A DNA stretch of 64,000 bases, taken from NCBI GenBank assembly GCA_951406725.2, contig OX597818.1, forward strand, positions 94,736,001 through 94,800,000, read 5' to 3'. The DNA comes from Octopus vulgaris (Eukaryota). Shown piece after piece: positions 39,963-52,604 of this stretch. The notes beneath the pieces were generated by a model that saw only the letters and a list, made by a program, of their open reading frames with translations, was not told the origin of the DNA and did no database searches. Numbering within the stretch: position 1 is the first letter of the stretch; the number at the start of each line of letters is the position of its first letter. Position numbers and translations under genes: made by a program.

Positions 39963-40327
39963 GCATGCCTCAACTTACATTGGTAATTGGTTCCAAGACA
40001 TGTGACTTGACTAAAAAGCCTGAAGTAACCTAATGAAACATTTTTTAAAATTTACTAACAAATATCTGTTTCAGTAAAACGTTTTCACACGTATTTTGTT
40101 AGATTTTCTACTTCAGTATTGGTTTTTAGGTAATTAAAAAATTCTAATGCTTTTAAATATGTTCACTGACACTGATATAAAATCAAATAAATTGAATGAA
40201 ATTTAGGTTTATTTTTGCCATTGATTTCTTGAAAAATGATGTAAAGTCAAAAAAAAAAATATGACCCAAAACAGTTTAAGTTGAGCTGAAAATTCTTTAA
40301 TGTAAATTTATCTCTTGTATCTTCTAG

Positions 40328-40450
40328 TATCCTTCACCAGAATGGGACACTGTGACCCCAGAGGCAAAGAATCTCATCAACAGTATGCTGACTGTGAACC
40401 CTGCCAAAAGGATCACCGCATCTGAGGCTCTGAAACATCCTTGGATCTGT
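40328..40450 (+). CDS. CaMKII: CaMKII internal exon, end of kinase domain ([41 protein letters not shown])
   Basis: Pyrimidine tract and ttctag acceptor, 123 nt phase 0-0, gtaagt donor at 40451. The translation matches the conserved CaMKII C-lobe sequence. Confidence 0.97.
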
Positions 40451-42708
40451 GTAAGTACTTCGCTTCATTTATTTAGTGGAAGGAAATGTGTTGTGATATT
40501 CCTGTGTCTGAAAGTTCATCAAATACTTATTATTCAAATACTTAATCTTCTAATGATATTTATTGAAAGTTTAACATTGTCTAACAATTTGTCAAACCAA
40601 TAACTGTTGCTACATTTGTACCTTGCAATAAAACTACATTATAAATAGTATTAGATGATACATTTGATCTACATGTAAATGGATACTACATTAAGATGCA
40701 GTTTAATGTATAACTAGCTGATAAATATGTTGGTGCCTTGAAAGATTAGTAAATGACCACTTTGTAATTGTTCTGTTGACCAAATCTATTACGCCACTGC
40801 ACACACTAATATCAGTTAAAATATATTTGCTTACATATCTAGAACTATAATATTGTATGATTTACAGAAGAATCTTTATTGTATCTTGTGAAAGTTCTTC
40901 TCACTCCATCAATATTTTAATAACAAATATGTGATGTATCATTCCACTGTCATTATATATTGATTGATTTTTTTTACCTCCTGGCTTGCCTTCTATATCA
41001 AATAATATTCTGATATTCCATGGCTTGCCATCTTAAGATCAAGGCTTAGGATTTCTTTAATAACTTTTCCACTCCTCTGCCTTGTTTGTTAAAATCCTTG
41101 AAGGTATATAAGCTATATTTGACATGGCAAATAAGTAAAATAATAATTATTCACAGTAGGAAATGTACAAATCTAATGTAAGCTTTCACTAGATAGCAAA
41201 CTTTTGCTAAAATCTCTCTCTCAGTTATTACACAACCAAACCCAAGATACTTTCATGTGAACATTTTCATTGTGTTCATAATTCATTTATACTACATACA
41301 GTATCAGCTTTGTGGCAATTCTTACCCCGGTAGAGATTATGAATATTCCTGTTGGGCAAATTCTATTTTGGAATAAATAACATTCATGTTATTTCAGAGA
41401 AGATTGATAGCAAATGTCCATCATAAATCAGTAACACAAGCTGGAATGAGTATCATGCTAAGATTGTATTTCATATTCCCTTCACAAGACAATATTTTCT
41501 TCAGGTCTCTGACTAGCAGCAACATGACATTATCTTTCAATTTGATGAAGTGGAATGTTTAAATAGCAAAGACACACACAAAAAAAAAAATCTTCCCTGC
41601 CAGTCCCCTACTCAAAACATAAAATATTGTTTCTCAGATACTTGAATTGACAATATTCAACATAGATCTGCAATATAAATCATCTTTATTGCGCTTCTTT
41701 TAACACTTAAACAATATTGGGAGTTCTGTAACAATTCCTACTAATACTTCTACTACTACATATAATTAGTGTAACTGTAAATCTTATTTGTTAAACTTTC
41801 CATAGTGTTCAACTGTAGCAGAAGTGTAATGACTACAACTACATATATATTACTGTATATCATATTCATATATACCTACCTATTAGAACTCCGAGTTACT
41901 AATGTGTGTATGGAATTCATAAAAGAGCTCTTTCAAAACAATGACTAAGCTCAACAAATTTGAGCTCTGTCCACCTTGTTCTCTATGTAATTTTGCTTGC
42001 TGAACTTCACTAAAACTATCTATATAAACTCTGTACATCAGTCTTCCCCTCTTTTGGGGCTTTTGGTATCAGTGTTAGTGACCCAGCATCAGCCTGACAC
42101 AAGAAAGCCATCAATAGGAAGAAGAATATCAAACTGTGTGCATGTGTATATATAACTATATGTAGGTGGTGGATAACAGCTTGTCTTTCAAACAGGGTAT
42201 ATTAAGAATTTGAGTCTTTTAGTTTGATGTTCTTTATTAATAATTTTTTGTATCATTAATTTTTAAAAAATGTTAAAACCTATTCATGTTTTTAATATCA
42301 TGCACACACACACACACAACTATTTTTAAACCATTGTCCTCAATATGATGCTACAGATACTTTCTCACTGAAAGATTTAATGACAATGTTACACAGCTGA
42401 TTAATTTTAAATCTCAGAACCAGCTTCAAATATAAAAGCTGAAGTCATTTTATGGGTTTTAAACGAACTTCTTACAATTCCTAGATGTGAGATTTTATGT
42501 GTTTAATGTCCATGTAGAAATTGCAGGGAGGTGCAATGTAGCATTTGGTTTTACATGTTTGTTTACAATTAAGAGAGTGGCAATTGGACATATTGTCACA
42601 ATGCTCATATACCAAAAAGTCAACATTTATGCTTTATTACTGGTGACTCTTGCTGACTTTGTCCATCTAAGTAGAAATAGGTGTCATAGAGGTATACAGG
42701 CATGTATA

Positions 42709-43000
42709 GGTGTAGGCATGACTGAGTGGTAAGAAGTTAACTTCCCAGCCACATGGTTCCAGGCTCAGTCCCACTGCATGGCACCTTGGGTCTTCTACTA
42801 TTGCCTCGAGCCAATCCCGCACCACCACCATTGTTTGACAACCGATGATGGTGTATTTATGACCCTGTAATTTAGTGGTTTGGCAAAATAAACTGATAGA
42901 ATAAGTACTAGGCTTACAAAGAATATGTCCTGGGGTTGATTTATTCAACTAAAACCCTGGCCGCAGTCAAGTGACTGAAATATGTAAAAGAGTAAAAGAA
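42709..43000 (+). mobile_element. Internally deleted copy of the 6942-type SINE
   Basis: Head cagtcccactgcatggcacc, body gatagaataagtactaggcttacaaagaata, tail ggccgcagtcaagtgactgaaa...gtaaaagagta. Confidence 0.85.
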
Positions 43001-43504
43001 TCTACCTAACTATAAATAGCTACAGAGAGAAATGTTAGAAAGCCCGTCTAGCTATAAATAGATATTGTAGAAAATACAAACCACTTCATAGTAAATAAGT
43101 ACCATATGGAGGTTAAGCCCACTTAATTATAAATGAAAAGCATGCAGAGGTGCAAGCCATCCAGCTATAAATAGGCACCATAGGATGGCAGAGCTTGCTC
43201 CAGTGACCAGTGAGAGTAGTATGTAACTAATATCAATACTGCACATCATTAGCTTGTATTGCTGGATTAAAATGCATCTGTTGAAGGGAAATGGGATTTC
43301 ATTAGTAATGTTATTAAACATATGCACTCATACAAACAATTAAATTTCAAGTTACACCACTCTGAGTCTTCCAGTCAAAGTTAACAAAATATACAGTAAT
43401 TTAAATTCATTTTTTTTTTTTTTGAAATTTGTGGGTGAAAGTTGTTGTTTTTTTCTGCTCATCATATTCTGATGTGAACTATCTTCTTTTTATTCTTTCC
43501 ACAG

Positions 43505-43588
43505 CAACGAGAGCGTGTTGCTGCTGCTGTACACCGACAAGAAACTGTAGATTGTTTGAAGAAATTCAATGCCAGGAGAAAACTAAAA
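43505..43588 (+). CDS. CaMKII: CaMKII regulatory-segment exon ([28 protein letters not shown]), T286-equivalent codon at 43544-43546
   Basis: tttccacag acceptor, 84 nt phase 0-0, gtaagt donor at 43589. [19 protein letters not shown] is diagnostic of CaMKII. Confidence 0.97.
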
Positions 43589-46500
43589 GTAAGTATTTTA
43601 CTATTTTCTTTTTATTCTGTCCAAGTCAGTATATCCAGATCCATCTGTATACCTGTATGTGTCAATCTCATACAGTTGCTTTTATTCAATTCCTCGAATA
43701 CCATTCTGCTGATCAGAGTGCATCTGCCCAAATGTATCTGTATACCTTCATACAGTTTATGCATCAGTCTCATACTATTGGTTTCATACAGTATCTCATA
43801 TGTCCTAACACTTAAAACAAAGTACAAAGCTAATCTATCCTGATTTATTTCTGTACTTGGGTATGTCCATATGATACCATCAGTTTCATACATTTGTATG
43901 TCTGTGTATTTTCTTATACTTTGTAATTATGAAGTCAGACTATCCAGGTATATATGACTGCCTCAGTAGTATGCTTGTTAGTCTCTTATCACTGGTTCCA
44001 TACTGTTCCTCTATTTGTTGTTCCATTCAGTATTTATAATGTAAGAATTTTTATAGCTTAGTTTGTAGGACACTTGAGAATATAGTGAGAGCATGATATA
44101 TATTCTATTTTCTCATTTACAATTTGGTGCTAATTATGTAAAATGAGCAAATTCTATGTAAAAACAAAATACTGACAACTTCTCATTCCAATTCTAAATG
44201 ACATCCATGATTCTGCATCTCATTCTAAAAACTCTCAACATTACTTCAGATTGAGAATGTGTGTGTTTGTGCATGCACATATGGATCTGTTCATATATAT
44301 ATATTTGTGTTTATGTACATGATACATTCGTGATGTTTTCACAAGCATTTATTATGCACACAACTCTTTCATTTACACGTACATATATATATAATTCTGT
44401 CCAACCCATGCTAGCATGGAAAGCAGACGTTAAACGATGATGATGATGATGATATGTCAGATACAGGATACTTTTCCATTAATAATGGTTAAACTGAAGA
44501 CATAGGGTAAAATTGAATAATTTTACTCAAGTATAACAAATGATATTCATTTTATCAATTTAGTAATGTGAACAGACTGTTCAGTTGGGTTAGAATTCAA
44601 TCCAGTTCAGAACTGAATACACTCAATTACTTGTGTCAGTTTGTGTCCTGTTCTAACATTATCATTGATCTGAAATGAAACTTGATATACAAAACTAGGC
44701 AAATTTGATATGCAAAATCTCTGCGAATTCCTGGTACTTTTTATAACATTTCTACTGTGTGGAGGAATCTAAACTCAATAATATGCTACAGTTTATTTGC
44801 ATCTACATGCAGTTATTGAGTTTGTTATACATACACATCTATACACACACACACACACACACAGTGGGAGAGAAATAATCATAGAGACACCAAAGGAGAA
44901 GAAAGAAGTGTAGGAGGGGAGAGTAAGTGAAAGAGTAATTATGGGAGGAGTTATAAAAATGAGTATGTTTTGATTTTATATTAATGTAATAAATAGTTTT
45001 CTTTGAAAATTAATATTCATTTCATCATTTTGTATAAGCACTTTCCCCTGTCTCTTGCGCTATTCGCTTAGTACCTTGAGGGGTCACCTAGACACATTGA
45101 CCTTACTATTTATCTGTTTGCATGTAGCTTGTACAACTTGCTCTGCCTCACTTTCTTCTTTCATACTCAAATCCTTAACTGCTAACTTAAAACCACTCCC
45201 TTCTTGAATTTGATAGTCTGTGTGTGTGTGTGTGTGTGTTCCAAAGGATGGTAGTTTTATATAGAAGCAGACAATGTGATATATATGCCTCAGTATCACA
45301 ACTACCAATCTCTGAGCTCTGTCCAGGCTATAAATCTCACCATACTTGAACTGTCAAGAAAGGAATCAGCCCAGACTTAGAACATGAAGCTAGTATTTAA
45401 ATCACCAGTGTAACAACAAAGTCTACTATCTGAAGTAGATGTTTTGCTACCAGATGCTCTTCTGTTACCAAACCTCATCTGTTTTTCAAGCAAGGTGAAA
45501 TATTCTTCTAGTCCAGATATGTTTTATTCATGGAAGATTAGAAACAAAGGACACCATTCATATAATAGGGATGATTGTTGAATGCACTCAGTAGCTAGAG
45601 ATGCATGCCTGCACAAGCAACAGAATTCTTTTTGTTTCTGTCTACCAGATCTTCTCAGAAGGCTTTAGTTGGTTTGGAGTTAAGGTAGAAGACATTTTCC
45701 CAAAGTGCCACATTGTGGGACCAAACCAGAAACCATGTGTTTATATATATTATATATAATGCATTGCATCACACAGACACCACTAGATGGATATCATACC
45801 AAACTGTTGAGGTTTTTCTACTTGAATTTTAGCAGTAGCTTAATAAGAAAAAGTAAATCCTGCTGAAATTGCTTTTCTAGACATGATGTTCAAGGACTGT
45901 TATAAAGCAGTTAAGTATAAATTAATTCAGTGCTTCATGCAGACAGTTATCAGCTTTGGTTTATCAGTTAAGTTCACTTGAACTTTGTGTCACACTGTGA
46001 TAAGAACATTGGCTCTCTGTTACCAACACTCACCTTGCACAGTAAAGCTATTTCGCTGTCTGTAAAGCTTTACTCAAATCCTTGAGAGTTTACATAAGGT
46101 AAAATTGCTTAATTTTCGTTTGGCGTAGTTATATAGTTGTTGTTCAAGTTTAGTTCCTTCTACATTCTCAAAGCAAAAAAGAAAAAAATGTCTAATTCTT
46201 GTTTCAGACCACAAGGTTTATGTAGATAATAACGTGTATACATTTAGATTTAACTACTAATACACATCTACAGTATTTCTACTGCTTTTATTTTTTTGTA
46301 TACTATAATCGAATACATGACATGTGTCGTGTAGAAAAGTTTTTAAAGTTCTGTATACAGTTTTGCTACGTATGTTTCTTTCTAATATTTGCTAAATAGT
46401 ATTGTAGGTGAACATAGCACATATGTTTCACTTGTAATATTTGAAATAGTATTCTAGCATATTTTATAGTATAATGATATATTATTGCTTGATTTATATT

Positions 46501-49045
46501 GTAGGTATATATGTTTAGATTGTAATACTTCTGCGCAATTTCTTTCTTTTTTTTTACATTACTTTGAAGCATAATATTCTAGATCATAAATGAAAACGTA
46601 ATATACTATGAGTCACCAAAAAAAAAGACTATATGCTGTTGCTTAACCTGCAAGAAATAGCAGCCAAATACCTCTCACATCCCACTTTATTATCTTAAAA
46701 AAGAAAGATTACATTGAATAGACTGTCTGTAAAAAGAGTGGATGGTCATGGCAAGGATGTCTTTGATCATGAAGGTATTTGATCCATACTGATGCAGGGC
46801 TCAACAGCAGCAACAGTAGCATAATTCTGCACAATACATACATAATACATACATACATACATGCATATATATGTATTTTTATATATATATATATATATTT
46901 GTTTTGCCAGATTCCTGATGTGTAATAGTGTATTGAAACAGATATTATTTTATTTCAGGTTGACATTTTTCTGTGCACTAGTGTGTGTGCATGCATTTAT
47001 TTGGCAAGAATAAAAAAGAACATCCCAAAATATAACTATATATATATTATATGTGTGTGTGTATGTATATATGTGTGTGTGTATGTATATATATTTGTAT
47101 GTATATATATTTGTATGTATATATATATACGCACATACACACACACATGTGTGTGTGTATTTCCCTCACAAGAAAATGTTTTTTTTTTTAAAAATGGCTC
47201 ACGTTTCATCTCTCACTCATGCGTACAACATCTGCCTTGCTTATATCACATCTGCTCAGTACATGTAACATCTGCTTGATACATACCACATGTGTTGTAT
47301 ATATATATATATATATATTGCATCTGACCATCTGGTTTCAGATGTGTCCAATATGCAAGATTATTATAAGACTTTAACATTTTTGTAGTTTTACTCCTAT
47401 ACAGAAGAACATTTATAAGGCTAGTGCATCTATTTCATCATCATTACTCAAAGAATTTACTACAGTTATTTATTAATTTTTTAAAATTTCTTAATTACTT
47501 TGACTTAATTTTATAGGAACATGTAAAATTACTGGGTTGGGATAACAAATGTGACTTATGGTATAAATGATAACCAGCTGCTTAATGTTTTTAGAACTTT
47601 AAAAATGGTTTTCCATTAATGACAAGGGAGACATTGAAAATAGAATGTCAGGAGTAAATCTGTTTTAAAATGCATTAGATTTTTTTCTATTATCCATTTC
47701 TTTGGTTAGTTCTAACACATGGAACAAGAAGTCATACCTATTCAAAAAAATACATATTAGTGTCTGAGGAAGTATTAATACCGAGAGGTAATATTTATTG
47801 CCACTTAAAACAATGAAGGAAGGTCAAAATCATGTATCTGGTGGTCTGGCACTCGAAATGGCAGGGATATGTTTCCCTGCTAGCTATATAAACAAGTGTG
47901 CATTTTACACCAAAAACCAATATAAGAGTTTCTCTCATGGTATCTACCACAGTTTAGCTTTGTTCTATCAAAACATCCACGTTTAACTGGCAATAAATAT
48001 TACCTTTAAAGTCATGCCATAAGTTAAATTTTACATGAGAACTTTATAATCACTCAGGGTTATAACTTCTACCAGATATATACTTTTGTCATTTTCATTA
48101 TCTATATGGAGTTAGGAAGGATATCCAACCATCAACATGAATGATGATGAAGACAAAAATGCTACTAGCAGGAGTGCATGATATTATTGTTGTTTGGTCC
48201 CAAGTCTACTTTGATCGAGTTGATCTATGAGCAAAAGTGTACCTGTCTTGACAGACTCATCTTTTAGTCAGACATCACAAGACTAAATTTTCCAGTGTAC
48301 CCTGCCTTTAATACATTAAGGTGTGATTTAAGTGAGATTTTGCAGCTATGTCTTCATTATTACCTATGCCCTTTCTTTGCAAAAGTTTGGGATTTTCTCC
48401 CTCCCATATCTTTCCTATTGGTGTTGACTTACAGAAGCTCAAGAGTAGCATCAATGACATCAATTTCACTTGTCTAAGAGAACCTTCAAAGGCCATCCTT
48501 CAGACTCAGATAGTTAGAAAATTGGTTCAAGCATATATTATTGTCATTACAAGTTATGTTCAATGAGATTTCAGTGTTCCCTTACTGTTATACTGACTGC
48601 TTCACTTACTCCTATCTTATATCATGTAGAGACATGTATATTGCAATGTAATACAGCAGCTTTATGGAATGACATAGCCATTTAATTTTCCAAGGTTCAA
48701 CAACCTCAACATGCTGCACTGCTTCTGGACTGTCCCAACACTGAAAATATATGTGTATTCTAACACAACTCAATCAGCTCAACTCTAATTCTATCCCCAA
48801 TACAGTATAAAAATTTTTGAAGATACAGATATATTGCTGACTCATAACGAAATTTACTGATTATCTATATTCCAATATTTTATCTCTTATACTGGCTACA
48901 AAATTTACTTTTCTGTTGATGGTAAACCTTTTCATCTGACACTACATAAATACATTTTATATTGCCAGACCAAAGACTTCCATACAGTTATTCAAGAATC
49001 AGTTGATCAACAGTGTTTATCATTTCTCTTTCTCTCACTTTGCAG

Positions 49046-49088
49046 GGTGTTATTCTTACCACTATGCTGGCAACCAGAAACTTCTCCA
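49046..49088 (+). CDS. CaMKII: CaMKII CaM-binding exon (GVILTTMLATRNFS + 1 nt), T305/T306-equivalent codons at 49058-49063
   Basis: ctttgcag acceptor, 43 nt ending in phase 1, gtaagt donor at 49089. Same size and sequence class as the conserved GAILTTMLATRNFS exon. Confidence 0.95.
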
Positions 49089-49897
49089 GTAAGTCCCATT
49101 CTATGTATTTATAATTTTTTCCTCAACTATCATTTCTCTGATCTGAATTTCTTTCTTTCTTGGGCACTAATGAACATGTTATACATGGAAAGTTTACATG
49201 CACAACTATATATTGTTTATGGGACCTTGAAACTGGAAACAAAATATACCACCATATCAATTCATATATGATTTGATTACTAAATATATCATGGTTCCTT
49301 TTAAATACCTTATTAGAGTTGTAATGTTCCATTTATCTTTTTGTTTTAAATTATGTTTCATCCTATTTGATTCTTATATAATCAGCTTAGAGTCCTACAC
49401 TGTAAAGAAAACCAGGCTTTCCTTTCTGCAAGTCAGTGGAAGTTTGAAGTGAGAATTAATCTTCACATAAAATGGAACCTCACATTCTTAGAAAGTTCCT
49501 TCTCTCACTGGGAACTGGTCTGTTCTACTAAGAATCTGTTGTGTATTATAATACTCAATTCTTAATCTGTGTTAACAATATTTACTAAACAGAAATACAC
49601 TCTGCCCTAACATTAATATTAATGTAAGTGTCTGCAATTATTACAAAATATTTAACTTATCAGCTGGAGTGATTTTTCAGTAAGTGTGTGACAAATACTT
49701 TTAAAAATCTTATCTTATAACCCTGCTGTAGAAAGAATTTTTTTTTATGCCGTTAAGTTATTAAATACATTTATGGTAGCAGGACCATTAATTGACTGTC
49801 TGTTCTCTTCCATTGAACATTAGTTCAATGTCATATCGGAAAATGCATGCTAATTTACATATATGTCATTCTTTGTTGCTTTCTTTGTGTGGTATAG

Positions 49898-49906
49898 TAA
49901 ACAAAG
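49898..49906 (+). CDS. CaMKII: Candidate 9-nt microexon in the CaMKII variable linker (TAAACAAAG; reads I-N-K after RNFS)
   Basis: tatag acceptor after a U-rich tract containing TGC, consensus AAG|GTAAGT donor, CTAAT branch-like site at 49850-49854, TGCATG at 49844-49849. Frame-preserving phase 1-1. Confidence 0.62.
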
Positions 49907-52207
49907 GTAAGTCCAAATAGTGTGATAACTATATCAAGCATTTCACCTTGGCTTTTCCAATTTTCCTTTTTTTTTGTTTTTGTTGTTGTTTTTCCTGTAG
50001 TTTCAGGCTATCACACATTAACAGACTGAGCTTAGAGTTAAGGGCATTTGAGCAGTGACAGAACAACTGTGCTAGAGTTTGATGCTGTGTTATTATCCCT
50101 TGCCCTGCTCAACAAGACACTGCTTTTGTAAGATTAGAAGAGAAATGCAGCAATTTTACAGTACCTGAAGTCAGTGTGTAGTGAAATGATTGATGGACAT
50201 CAGTTATTGGACATCTTTATAGTAGTCATACCATAATTGAAACTCTTTTCTGGTGATTGTTGTCAATGTTAGATTCTGACACAGTGGAGCTGGTCTGATT
50301 TATAATTATATATTGTTCTATATTTGTCTGTTGAATTGCTAATACTGAATGTTGTAAGTTTTGAAACTAAACAATCTGTCAATCAGTCAAACTTAAGATG
50401 CATATGACATTTCTACCAGTAGTGAAAAACACTGCCAAATGCTATAATGGAGATGTTCTTAGCTATCCAGCGCTTGATCACAATGACCATTTGTGGTTTC
50501 TTCTAAGAATTTCTTATACAAATCTGCTTTTTCAGTATTAAAGAAGTATTTATCAAATTCACATTGATATCTTTACTGAAATTATTGACAGTGCCAATAT
50601 GACTGACGATGTGATGTGACCAAATTCTTGTAACAGGATTCTTTATGTGTTACACTTTACCATGTTAACAATTAGAGGTCTGTAATTATATAATACCAAC
50701 CTTAGCATTGGTGAGATTATTGATAACCTATTTGCACAATTTTTGTTCAGTTTAGACTGCAGTATCTTGGTGATAACTATTCCTCCTAGAACCAGATATT
50801 ATTTTAGCAGCAGACCTCGAAAATGTTATAAAGTAGGGTCAGCTATCATTATGTTAGCATCTACTCGGGAAAACATTATCCAAAAGTCAGTTTTATACCC
50901 TTTTGGATCCCAAAACTTCTGCAACTGTTTCTTTCTTCAGCTTTGCTCTTCTCTGAGACCTGTTGAATTAGTTGTGTCTGTTCTCTCCAGTGTAATATAG
51001 TAATGGCAGATCAGGAAAGATAGTTTCACAGTCTTTTTGATACCTCTTAGTATTCCCATTCAAGTGACCAGCCAACAGGATTGTATATGTTGACTATACA
51101 GGTAACTGAAAGTTTGTCATTATGACTATAAGTTCATTTATTATTGCCTGTGTTGAGTATGAACATATACCCTGATAACTAACCTGATATGAAGTTCCTT
51201 AGAGAAGAATATCATGTCATAACTATATTTATGTCAATGCCTCTAATTAAAGCTTTACTTAGAAACCTGATTTTGGGGGTAAATATTAAATAAAACAGAA
51301 AATCCTTGCTAAATATCTGAGGATGATCTTGAATACTCCAGAGGGTTGCAAAAGTATGCTACTAAACTTCTAACCATTCATAAACAAGGATTTTCAGTCA
51401 GTTATGGTCTGTTTAATTCCTTTAAAAGAAAGATCCAGTATTTCAGTCATTCCTACTAAAAGAATTTGTTATCTCAAATTATTTTTGGATTATACTTTGG
51501 TTGAGGCCATACTTGATTAAGATTTTACATTGCTGTACTGTCAATCTCTCAACTCACTTAGTCAGCTTTAACTTCACTTTTCATTAGAAAAATCTCTACT
51601 GTAGCTTCACTTGCAAAATATACATATACCTACCTTTTGCCACAAATATCATTGCCCTAATTGCCTCTGATGCCTTTTGTTTACGTTCTCAATTATTTCA
51701 GTTTGATTTCCTAAATGTTGGCTGTTGCTTTTTACCAATGGTTTCTATTTTATATTTAATACTACTTCTATCATGTCTATCTTATTTGAGAGGAATTGAC
51801 TTGACTCTTTGTTTATATAATAAACAATACAATATCAAATGTGTAAATTAACGAGCTACCTGTTTTTTTTTCTTTTCTTTTTCTTTTCTTTATCTTTCAT
51901 CCTTGTTAGGAACAGTGTTTGAGACAACTATGTCTCTAACAATTTTTTGTATAATTCTTTCCGAAATTCTAAATCACTGACTTCATGTCCTGTAGTATAA
52001 CTAATGTTTCTAACATAAAGCAGCATGATAGCAAAATTAATTCATTAGCTGGTCAGAATTGAAGCTTAGATATTGCTAAGGTCTTCCCAAGATTTTATTT
52101 TTAAGACAAAGAAATCTCATTTGGCCCTATAATTAATTTTTATGGAATAAAACTATTAAATTACATAAAAAAATACTTGTGGCAGTTCCCTTAGATGAAA
52201 GATAGTA

Positions 52208-52604
52208 TACTCTTACTCTTTTACTTGTTTCAGTCATTTGACTGCGGCCATGCTGGAGCACCACCTTTAGTCGAGCAAATCGACCCCGGGACTTATTCTT
52301 TGTAAGCCCAGTACTTATTCTATCGGTCTCTTTTGCCAAACCGCTAAGTGACGGGGACGTAAACACACAAGCATCGGTTGTCAAGCAATGCTAGGGGTAC
52401 AAACACAGACACACACACACACATATATATATACATATATACGACTGGCTTCTTTCAGTTTCCGTCTACCAAATCCACTCACAAGGCATTGGTCAGCCCG
52501 GGACTATAGCAGAAGACACTTGCCCAAGATGCCACGCAGTGGGACTGAACCCGGAACAATGTGGTTGGTTAGCAAGCTACTTACCACACAGCCACTCCTG
52601 CGCC
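52208..52604 (-). mobile_element. Young full-length tRNA-derived SINE
   Basis: The reverse complement is near-identical to 6942-7330. Confidence 0.9.

Noticed and set aside
40451-40603. Continuation of ORF 40352-40603 (similarly 43556-43843 and 49047-49271)
   Set aside because: Intron read-through past consensus GTAAGT donors, or an off-frame reading.
43544-43546. A-to-I editing could convert the T286 and T305/306 codons to Ala
   Set aside because: True of any Thr codon; no convincing complementary editing sequence was seen nearby.
49664-49679. AG...GTAAGT pair enclosing 16 nt
   Set aside because: Poor pyrimidine tract and frameshifting length.
51860-51980. Long pyrimidine tract plus AG, a possible alternative terminal exon giving a hub-less kinase
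   Set aside because: No donor and no clear homology; the T-rich tract could be low-complexity sequence.
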